Of a stretch of DNA of 64,000 bases, positions 51,601 through 62,479 are shown one piece after another (position 1 is the first letter of the stretch; each line of letters begins with the position of its first letter). Source of the stretch: Eledone cirrhosa (lineage: Eukaryota); NCBI GenBank assembly GCA_964016885.1, contig OZ024743.1, positions 95,976,001 to 96,040,000 on the forward strand, given 5' to 3'. The position numbers and the translations under genes are program-made. The notes beneath the pieces are model-generated. The model did not search any database, was not told the DNA's origin, and was given only the letters and a program-made list of their open reading frames with translations.

Positions 51601-54600
51601 AAAGGCGTAGGAAGAGATAGAGAAGGAAGGAATGGAAAGGTGTAGGAAGAGATAGAGAAGGAAGTAATGGAAAGGCGTAGGAAGAGATAGAGAAGGAAGG
51701 AATGGAAAGGTGTAGGAAGAGATAGAGAAGGAAGGAATGGAAAGGCGTAGGAAGAGATAGAGAAGGAGGAATAGAAAGGCGTAGGAAGAGATAGAGAAGG
51801 AAGGAATGGAAAGGTGTAGGAAGAGTTAGAGAAGGAAGGAATGGAAAGGCGTAGGAAGAGATAGAGAAGGAAGGAATGGAAAGGCGTAGGAAAAGATAGA
51901 GAAGGAGGAATAGAAAGGCGTAGGAAGAGATAGAGAAGGAAGGAATAGAAAGGCGTAGGAAGAGATAGAGAAGGAAGGAATAGAACAGTGTAGGAAGAGA
52001 TAGAGAAGGAAGGAATAGGAAAACGTAGGAAGAGATATAGAAGGAATGAATGGAAAGGCATAGGAAGAGATAGAGAAGGAAGATATAGAAAGGCGTAGGA
52101 AGAGATAGAGAAGCAAGGAATGGAAAGGCGTAGGAAGAGATAGAGAAGGAAGGAATGGAAAGGCATAGGAAGAGATAGAGAAGGAAGGAATGGAAAGGCT
52201 TAGGAAGAGATAGAGAAGGAAGGAATAGAAAGGTGTAGGAAGAGATAGAGAAGGAGGAATAGAAAGGCGTAGGAAGAGATAGTGAAGGAAGGAATGGAAA
52301 GGTGTAGGAAGAGTTAGAGAAGGAAGGAATGGAAAGGCGTAGGAAAAGATAGAGAAGGAAGGAATAGAAAGGCGTAGGAAGAGATAGAGAAGGAAGTAAT
52401 AGAAAGGCGTAGGAAGAGATAGAGAAGGAAAGAATAGAACAGCGTAGGAAGAGATAGAGAAGGAAGGAATAGAAAGGCGTAGGAAGAGATAGAGAAGGAA
52501 GGAATAGAAATGTGTAGGAAGAGATAGAGAAGGAAGGAATGGAAAGGCGTAGGAAGAGATAGAGAAGGAAGGTATAGAAAGGCGTAGAAAGAGATAGAGA
52601 AGGAAGGAATAGAAAGGCGTAGGAAGAGATAGAGAAGGAAGGAATGGAAAGGCGTAGGAAGAGATAGAGAAGGAGGAATAGAAAGGCGTAGGAAGAGATA
52701 GAGAAGGAAGGAATGGAAAGGTATAGGAAGAGTTAGAGAAGGAAGGAATGGAAAGGCGTAGGAAAAGATAGAGAAGGAAGGAATGGAAAGGCGTAGGAAG
52801 AGATAGAGAAGGAGGAATAGAAAGGCGTAGGAAGAGATAGAGAAGGAAGGAATGGAAAGGTATAGGAAGAGTATAGAGAAGGAAGGAATGGAAAGGCGTA
52901 GGAAAAGATAGAGAAGGAAGGAATAGAAAGGCGTAGGAAGAGATAGAGAAGGAAGGAATAGAAAGGTGTAGGAAGAGATAGAGAAGGAAGGAATGGAAAG
53001 GCGTAGGAAGAGATAGAAAAGGAAGGAATGGAAAGGTGTAGGAAGAGATAGAGAAGGAAGGAATGGAAAGGCTTAGGAAGAGATAGAGAAGGAAGGAATA
53101 GAAAGGTGTAGGAAGAGATAGAGAAGTAAGGTATAGAAAGGCGTAGGAAGAGATAGAGAAGGAAGGAATAGAAAGGCGTAGGAAGAGATAGAGAAGGAGG
53201 AATAGAAAGGCGTAGGAAGAGATAGAGAAGGAAGGAATGGAAAGGCGTAGGAAGAGAGAGAGAAGGAAGGAATGGAAAGGCGTAGGAAGAGATAGAGAAG
53301 GAAGGTATAGAAAGGCGTAGGAAGAGATAGAGAAGGAAGTAATAGAAAGGCGTAGGATGAGATAGAGAAGGAGGAATAGAAAGGCGTAGGAAGAGATAGA
53401 GAAGGAAGGAATGGAAAGGCGTAGGAAGAGATAGAAAAGGAAGGAATGGAAAGGTGTAGGAAGAGATAGAGAAGGAAGGAATGGAAAGGCTTAGGAAGAG
53501 ATAGAGAAGGAAGGAATAGAAAGGTGTAGGAAGAGATAGAGAAGGAAGGTATAGAAAGGCGTAGGAAGAGATAGAGAAGGAAGGAATAGAAAGGCGTAGG
53601 AAGAGATAGAGAAGGAGGAATAGAAAGGCGTAGGAAGAGATAGAGAAGGAGGAATAGAAAGGCGTAGGAAGAGATAGAGAAGGAAGGAATGGAAAGGCGT
53701 AGGAAGAGAGGGAGAAGGAAGGAATGGAAAGGCGTAGGAAGAGATAGAGAAGGAAGGTATAGAAAGGCGTAGGAAGAGATAGAGAAGGAAGTAATAGAAA
53801 GGCGTAGGATGAGATAGAGAAGGAGGAATAGAAAGGCGTAGGAAGAGATAGAGAAGGAACGAATAGAAAGGCGTAGGAAGAGATAGAGTAGGAAGTAATA
53901 GAACTGCCTAGGAAGAGATAGAGAAGGAAGGAATAGGAAAACGTAGGAAGAGATATAGAAGGAATGAATGGAAACGCATAGGAAGAGATAGAGAAGGAAG
54001 AAATAGAAAGGCGTAGGAAGAGATAGAGAAGCAAGGAATGGAAAGGCGTAGGAAGAGATTGAGAAGGAAGGAATGGAAAGGCATAGGAAGAGATAGAGAA
54101 GGAAGGAATGGAAAGGCGTAGGAAGTGATAGAGAAGGAAGGAATAGAAAGGCGTAGGAAGAGTTAGAGAAGGAAGGAATGGAAAGGCGTAGGAAGAGATA
54201 GAGAAGGAAGGAATAGAAAGGCGTAGGAAGAGATAGAGAAGCAAGGAATGGAAAGGCGTAGGAAGAGATAGAGAAGGAAGGAATGGAAAGGCATAGGAAG
54301 AGATAGAGAAGGAAGGAATGGAAAGGCTTAGGAAGAGATAGAGAAGGAAGGAATAGAAAGGTGTAGGAAGAGATAGAGAAGGAAGGTATAGAAAGGCGTA
54401 GGAAGAGATAGAGAAGCAAGGAAGGGAAAGGCATAGGAAAAGATAGAGAAGGAAGGAATAGAAAGGTGTAGGAAGAGATAGAGAAGGAAGGAATGGAAAG
54501 GTGTAGGAAGAGATAGAGAAGGAAGGAATAGAAATGTGTAGGAAGAGATAGAGAAGGAAGGAATAGAAAGGTGTAGGAAGAGATAGAGAAGGAAGGTATA

Positions 54601-57600
54601 GAAAGGCGTAGGAAGAGATAGAGAAGCAAGGAAGGGAAAGGCATAGGAAGAGATAGAGAAGGAAGGAATAGAAATGCGTAGGAAGAGATAGAGAAGGAAG
54701 GAATAGAAAGGCGTAGGAAGAGATAGAGAAGGAAGAAATAGAAAGGTGTAGGAAGAGATAGAGAAGGAGGAATAGAAAGGCGTAGGAAGAGATAGACAAG
54801 GAAGGAATAGAAAGGCGTAGGAAGAGATAGAGAAGGAAGGAATGGAAAGGCGTAGGAAGAGATAGAGAAGGAAGGAATAGAAAGGCGTAGGAAGAGATAG
54901 AGAAGGAAGGAATGGAAAGGTGTAGGAAGAGATAGAGAAGGAAGGAATGGAAAGGTGTAGGAAGAGATAGAGAAGGAAGTAATGGAAAGGCGTAGGGGGA
55001 GATAGAGAAGGAAGGAATAGAAAGGCGTAGGAAGAGATAGAGAAGGAAGGAATGGAAAGGCGTAGGAAGAGATAGAGAAGGAAGGAATGGAAAGGCATAG
55101 GAAGAGATAGAGAAGGAAGGAATAGAAAGGTGTAGGAAGAGATAGAGAAGGAAGGAATAGAAAGGCGTAGGAAGAGATAGAGGAGGAAGGAATGGAAAGG
55201 CGTAGGAAGAGATAGAGAAGGAAGGAATGGAAAGGTGTAGGAAGAGATAGAGAAGGAAGTAATGGAAAGGCGTAGGAAGAGATAGAGAAGGAAGGAATGG
55301 AAAGGTGTAGGAAGAGATAGAGAAGGAAGGAATGGAAAGGCGTAGGAAGAGATAGAGAAGGAGGAATAGAAAGGCGTAGGAAGAGATAGAGAAGGAAGGA
55401 ATGGAAAGGTGTAGGAAGAGTTAGAGAAGGAAGGAATGGAAAGGCGTAGGAAGAGATAGAGAAGGAAGGAATGGAAAGGCGTAGGAAAAGATAGAGAAGG
55501 AGGAATAGAAAGGCGTAGGAAGAGATAGAGAAGGAAGGAATAGAAAGGCGTAGGAAGAGATAGAGAAGGAAGGAATAGAACAGTGTAGGAAGAGATAGAG
55601 AAGGAAGGAATAGGAAAACGTAGGAAGAGATATAGAAGGAATGAATGGAAAGGCATAGGAAGAGATAGAGAAGGAAGATATAGAAAGGCGTAGGAAGAGA
55701 TAGAGAAGCAAGGAATGGAAAGGCGTAGGAAGAGATAGAGAAGGAAGGAATGGAAAGGCATAGGAAGAGATAGAGAAGGAAGGAATGGAAAGGCTTAGGA
55801 AGAGATAGAGAAGGAAGGAATAGAAAGGTGTAGGAAGAGATAGAGAAGGAGGAATAGAAAGGCGTAGGAAGAGATAGTGAAGGAAGGAATGGAAAGGTGT
55901 AGGAAGAGTTAGAGAAGGAAGGAATGGAAAGGCGTAGGAAAAGATAGAGAAGGAAGGAATAGAAAGGCGTAGGAAGAGATAGAGAAGGAAGTAATAGAAA
56001 GGCGTAGGAAGAGATAGAGAAGGAAAGAATAGAACAGCGTAGGAAGAGATAGAGAAGGAAGGAATAGAAAGGCGTAGGAAGAGATAGAGAAGGAAGGAAT
56101 AGAAATGTGTAGGAAGAGATAGAGAAGGAAGGAATGGAAAGGCGTAGGAAGAGATAGAGAAGGAAGGTATAGAAAGGCGTAGAAAGAGATAGAGAAGGAA
56201 GGAATAGAAAGGCGTAGGAAGAGATAGAGAAGGAAGGAATGGAAAGGCGTAGGAAGAGATAGAGAAGGAGGAATAGAAAGGCGTAGGAAGAGATAGAGAA
56301 GGAAGGAATGGAAAGGTATAGGAAGAGTTAGAGAAGGAAGGAATGGAAAGGCGTAGGAAAAGATAGAGAAGGAAGGAATGGAAAGGCGTAGGAAGAGATA
56401 GAGAAGGAGGAATAGAAAGGCGTAGGAAGAGATAGAGAAGGAAGGAATGGAAAGGTATAGGAAGAGTATAGAGAAGGAAGGAATGGAAAGGCGTAGGAAA
56501 AGATAGAGAAGGAAGGAATAGAAAGGCGTAGGAAGAGATAGAGAAGGAAGGAATAGAAAGGTGTAGGAAGAGATAGAGAAGGAAGGAATGGAAAGGCGTA
56601 GGAAGAGATAGAAAAGGAAGGAATGGAAAGGTGTAGGAAGAGATAGAGAAGGAAGGAATGGAAAGGCTTAGGAAGAGATAGAGAAGGAAGGAATAGAAAG
56701 GTGTAGGAAGAGATAGAGAAGTAAGGTATAGAAAGGCGTAGGAAGAGATAGAGAAGGAAGGAATAGAAAGGCGTAGGAAGAGATAGAGAAGGAGGAATAG
56801 AAAGGCGTAGGAAGAGATAGAGAAGGAAGGAATGGAAAGGCGTAGGAAGAGAGAGAGAAGGAAGGAATGGAAAGGCGTAGGAAGAGATAGAGAAGGAAGG
56901 TATAGAAAGGCGTAGGAAGAGATAGAGAAGGAAGTAATAGAAAGGCGTAGGATGAGATAGAGAAGGAGGAATAGAAAGGCGTAGGAAGAGATAGAGAAGG
57001 AACGAATAGAAAGGCGTAGGAAGAGATAGAGTAGGAAGTAATAGAACTGCCTAGGAAGAGATAGAGAAGGAAGGAATAGGAAAACGTAGGAAGAGATATA
57101 GAAGGAATGAATGGAAACGCATAGGAAGAGATAGAGAAGGAAGGAATAGAAAGGCGTAGGAAGAGATAGAGAAGCAAGGAATGGAAAGGCGTAGGAAGAG
57201 ATTGAGAAGGAAGGAATGGAAAGGCATAGGAAGAGATAGAGACGGAAGGAATGGAAAGGCGTAGGAAGTGATAGAGAAGGAAGGAATAGAAAGGCGTAGG
57301 AAGAGTTAGAGAAGGAAGGAATGGAAAGGCGTAGGAAGAGATAGAGAAGGAAGGAATAGAAAGGCGTAGGAAGAGATAGAGAAGCAAGGAATGGAAAGGC
57401 GTAGGAAGAGATAGAGAAGGAAGGAATGGAAAGGCATAGGAAGAGATAGAGAAGGAAGGAATGGAAAGGCTTAGGAAGAGATAGAGAAGGAAGGAATAGA
57501 AAGGTGTAGGAAGAGATAGAGAAGAAAGGTATAGAAAGGCGTAGGAAGAGATAGAGAAGCAAGGAAGGGAAAGGCATAGGAAGAGATAGAGAAGGAAGGA

Positions 57601-58650
57601 ATAGAAAGGCGTAGGAAGAGATAGAGAAGGAAGGAATGGAAAGGTGTAGGAAGAGATAGAGAAGGAAGGAATAGAAAGGTGTAGGAAGAGATAGAGAAGG
57701 AAGGAATAGAAAGGTGTAGGAAGAGATAGAGAAGGAAGGTATAGAAAGGCGTAGGAAGAGATAGAGAAGCAAGGAAGGGAAAGGCATAGGAAGAGATAGA
57801 GAAGGAAGGAATAGAAATGCGTAGGAAGAGATAGAGAAGGAAGGAATAGAAAGGCGTAGGAAGAGATAGAGAAGGAAGGAATAGAAAGGTGTAGGAAGAG
57901 ATAGAGAAGGAGGAATAGAAAGGCGTAGGAAGAGATAGACAAGGAAGGAATAGAAAGGCGTAGGAAGAGATAGAGAAGGAAGGAATGGAAAGGCGTAGGA
58001 AGAGATAGAGAAGGAAGGAATAGAAAGGCGTAGGAAGAGATAGAGAAGGAAGGAATGGAAAGGTGTAGGAAGAGATAGAGAAGGAAGGAATGGAAAGGTG
58101 TAGGAAGAGATAGAGAAGGAAGTAATGGAAAGGCGTAGGGGGAGATAGAGAAGGAAGGAATAGAAAGGCGTAGGAAGAGATAGAGAAGGAAGGAATGGAA
58201 AGGCGTAGGGAGAGATAGAGAAGGAAGGAATGGAAAGGCGTAGGAAGAGATAGAGAAGGAAGGAATGGAAAGGCATAGGAAGAGATAGAGAAGGAAGGAA
58301 TAGAAAGGCGTAGGAAGAGATAGAGAAGGAAGTAATGGAAAGGCGTAGGAAGAGATAGAGAAGGAAGGAATGGAAAGGTGTAGGAAGAGATAGAGAAGGA
58401 AGGAATGGAAAGGCGTTGGAAGAGATAGAGAAGGAGGAATAGAAAGGCGTAGGAAGAGATAGAGAAGGAAGGAATGGAAAGGTGTAGGAAGAGTTAGAGA
58501 AGGAAGGAATGGAAAGGCGTAGGAAGAGATAGAGAAGGAAGGAATGGAAAGGCGTAGGAAAATATAGAGAAGGAGGAATAGAATGGCGTAGGAAGAGATA
58601 GAGAAGGAAGGAATAGAAAGGCGTAGGAAGAGATAGAGAAGGAAGGAATA
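36700..58650. repeat. Higher-order repeat domain C: seven copies of a unit of about 3 kb (2.6-3.6 kb, roughly 75-103 monomers)
   Basis: The GATAGACAA marker ends at 39339, 42305, 45410, 48587, 51204, 54799 and 57942. The co-linear markers GGAACGAAT, GAGTAGGAAG, GAAACGCAT and TAGGGGGAG occur once per unit. Confidence 0.92.
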
Positions 58651-61600
58651 GAACAGTGTAGGAAGAGATAGAGAAGGAAGGAATAGAAAGGCGTAGGAAG
58701 AGATAGAGAAGGAAGGAATAGAAAGGTGTAGGAAGAGATAGAGAAGGAAGGAATGGAAAGGCGTAGGAAGAGATAGAGAAGGAAGGAATAGAAAGGCGTA
58801 GGAAGAGATAGAGAAGCAAGGAATGGAAAGGCTTAGGAAGAGATAGAGAAGGAAGGAATAGAAAGGCGTAGGAAGAGATAGAGAAGGAAGGAATGGAAAG
58901 GTGTAGGAAGAGATAGAGAAGGAAGGAATAGAAAGGCGTAGGAAGAGATAGAGAAGGAAGGAATGGAAAGGTGTAGGAAGAGATAGAGAAGGAAGGAATG
59001 GAAAGGCGTAGGAAGAGATAGAGAAGGAAGGAATAGAAAGGCGTAGGAAGAGATAGAGAAGCAAGGAATGGAAAGGCTTAGGAAGAGATAGAGAAGGAAG
59101 GAATAGAAAGGCGTAGGAAGAGATAGAGAAGGAAGGAATGGAAAGGTGTAGGAAGAGATAGAGAAGGAAGGAATAGAAAGGTGTAGGAAGAGATAGAGAA
59201 GGAAGGAATGGAAAGGCTTAGGAAGAGATAGAGAAGGAAGGAATAGAAAGGTGTAGGAAGAGATAGAGAAGGAAGGAATGGTAAGGCGTAGGAAGAGATA
59301 GAGAAGGAAGTAATAGAAAGGCGTAGGAAGAGATAGAGAAGGAAAGAATAGAACAGCGTAGGAAGAGATAGAGAAGGAAGGAATAGAAAGGTGTAGGAAG
59401 AGATAGAGAAGTACGGAATGGAAAGGCGTAGGAAGAGATAGAGAAGCAAGGAATGGAAAGGCTTAGGAAGAGATAGAGAAGGAAGGAATAGAAAGGCGTA
59501 GGAAGAGATAGAGAAGGAAGGAATGGAAAGGTGTAGGAAGAGATAGAGAAGGAAGGAATAGAAAGGTGTAGGAACAGATAGAGAAGGAAGGAATGGAAAG
59601 GCTTAGGAAGAGATAGAGAAGGAAGGAATAGAAAGGTGTAGGAAGAGATAGAGAAGGAAGGAATGGAAAGGCGTAGGAAGAGATAGAGAAGGAAGTAATA
59701 GAAAGGCGTAGGAAGAGATAGAGAAGGAAAGAATAGAACAGCGTAGGAAGAGATAGAGAAGGAAGGAATAGAAAGGTGTAGGAAGAGATAGAGAAGGAAG
59801 GAATGGAAAGGCGTAGGAAGAGATAGAGAAGGAGGAATAGAAAGGCGTAGGAAGAGATAGTGAAGGAAGGAATGGAAAGGTGTAGGAAGAGTTAGAGAAG
59901 GAAGGAATGGAAAGGTGTAGGAAGAGATAGAGAAGGAAGTAATAGAAAGGCGTAGGAAGAGATAGAGAAGGAAAGAATAGAACAGCGTAGGAGGAGATAG
60001 AGAAGGAAGGAATAGAAAGGCGTAGGAAGAGATAGAGAAGGAAGGAATAGAAATGTGTAGGAAGAGATAGAAAAGGAAGGAATGGAAAGGCGTAGGAAGA
60101 GATAGAGAAGGAAAGAATAGAACAGCGTAGGAAGAGATAGAGAAGGAAGGAATAGAAAGGCGTAGGAAAAGATAGAGAAGGAAGGAATAGAAAGGCGTAG
60201 GAAGAGATAGAGAAGGAAGTAATAGAAAGGCGTAGGAAGAGATAGAGAAGGAAAGAATAGAAAGGCGTAGGAAGAGATAGAGAAGGAAGGAATAGAACAG
60301 TGTAGGAAGAGATAGAGAAGGAAGGAATGGAAAGGTGTAGGAAGAGTTAGAGAAGGAAGGAATGGAAAGGCGTAGGAAGAGATAGAGAAGGAAGGTATAG
60401 AAAGGCGTAGGAATAGATAGAGAAGGAAGGAATAGAAAGGCGTAGGAAGAGATAGAGAAGGAGGAATAGAAAGGCGTAGGAAGAGATAGAGAAGGAGGAA
60501 TAGAAAGGCGTAGGAAGAGATAGAGAAGGAAGTAATAGAACTGCCTAGGAAGAGATAGAGAAGGAAGGAATAGGAAAACGTAGGAAGAGATATAGAAGGA
60601 ATGAATGGAAAGGCATAGGAAGAGATAGAGAAGGAAGGAATAGAAAGGCGTAGGAAGAGATAGAGAAGCAAGGAATGGAAAGGCGTAGGAAGAGATAGAG
60701 AAGGAAGGAATGGAAAGGCATAGGAAGAGATAGAGAAGGAAGGAATGGAAAGGCGTAGGAAGTGATAGAGAAGGAAGGAATAGAAAGGCGTAGGAAGAGA
60801 TATAGAAGGAATGAATTGAAAGGCGTAGGAAGAGATAGAGAAGGAAGGAATAGAAAGGCGTAGGAAGAGATAGAGAAGCAAGGAATGGAAAGGCGTAGGA
60901 AGAGATAGAGAAGGAAGGAATGGAAAGGCATAGGAAGAGATAGAGAAGGAAGGAATGGAAAGGCTTAGGAAGAGATAGAGAAGGAAGGAATAGAAAGGTG
61001 TAGGAAGAGATAGAGAAGGAAGGTATAGAAAGGCGTAGGAAGAGATAGAGAAGCAAGGAAGGGAAAGGCATAGGAAGAGATAGAGAAGGAAGGAATAGAA
61101 AGGCGTAGGAAGAGATAGAGAAGGAAGGAATGGAAAGGTGTAGGAAGAGATAGAGAAGGAAGGAATAGAAAGGTGTAGGAAGAGATAGAGAAGGAAGGAA
61201 TAGAAAGGTGTAGGAATAGATAGAGAAGGAAGGTATAGAAAGGCGTAGGAAGAGATAGAGAAGGAAGGAATAGAAAGGCGTAGGAAGAGATAGAGGAGGA
61301 AGGAATGGAAAGGCGTAGGAAGAGATAGAGAAGGAAGGAATAGAAAGGCGTAGGAAGAGATAGAGAAGGAAGGAATGGAAAGGTGTAGGAAGAGATAGAG
61401 AAGGAAGGAATAGAAAGGTGTAGGAACAGATAGAGAAGGAAGGAATGGAAAGGCTTAGGAAGAGATAGAGAAGGAAGGAATAGAAAAGTGTAGGAAGAGA
61501 TAGAGAAGGAAGGAATGGAAAGGCGTTGGAAGAGATAGAGAAGGAAGTAATAGAAAGGCGTAGGAAGAGATAGAGAAGGAAAGAATAGAACAGCGTAGGA

Positions 61601-62384
61601 AGAGATAGAGAAGGAAGGAATAGAAAGGTGTAGGAAGAGATAGAGAAGGAAGGAATGGAAAGGCGTAGGAAGAGATAGAGAAGGAGGAATAGAAAGGCGT
61701 AGGAAGAGATAGTGAAGGAAGGAATGGAAAGGTGTAGGAAGAGTTAGAGAAGGAAGGAATGGAAAGGTGTAGGAAGAGATAGAGAAGGAAGTAATAGAAA
61801 GGCGTAGGAAGAGATAGAGAAGGAAAGAATAGAACAGCGTAGGAAGAGATAGAGAAGGAAGGAATAGAAAGGCGTAGGAAGAGATAGAGAAGGAAGGAAT
61901 AGAAATGTGTAGGAAGAGATAGAAAAGGAAGGAATGGAAAGGCGTAGGAAGAGATAGAGAAGGAAAGAATAGAACAGCGTAGGAAGAGATAGAGAAGGAA
62001 GGAATAGAAAGGCATAGGAAAAGATAGAGAAGGAAGGAATAGAAAGGCGTAGGAAGAGATAGAGAAGGAAGTAATAGAAAGGCGTAGGAAGAGATAGAGA
62101 AGGAAAGAATAGAAAGGCGTAGGAAGAGATAGAGAAGGAAGGAATAGAACAGTGTAGGAAGAGATAGAGAAGGAAGGAATGGAAAGGTGTAGGAAGAGTT
62201 AGAGAAGGAAGGAATGGAAAGGCGTAGGAAGAGATAGAGAAGGAAGGTATAGAAAGGCGTAGGAATAGATAGAGAAGGAAGGAATAGAAAGGCGTAGGAA
62301 GAGATAGAGAAGGAGGAATAGAAAGGCGTAGGAAGAGATAGAGAAGGAGGAATAGAAAGGCGTAGGAAGAGATAGAGAAGGAAG
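58650..62384. repeat. Return of domain-A lineage (1852-bp unit)
   Basis: 59892-60931 matches 743-1782 (offset 59149). 61002-62384 matches 1-1383 (offset 61001), including the private variants AGAAAAGTGT and GGCGTTGG. Confidence 0.9.
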
Positions 62385-62479
62385 GAATAGAACAGTGTAG
62401 GAAGAGATAGAGAAGGAAGGAATGGAAAGGCGTAGGAAAAGATAGAGAAGGAAGGAATGGAAAGGCGTAGGAAGAGATA

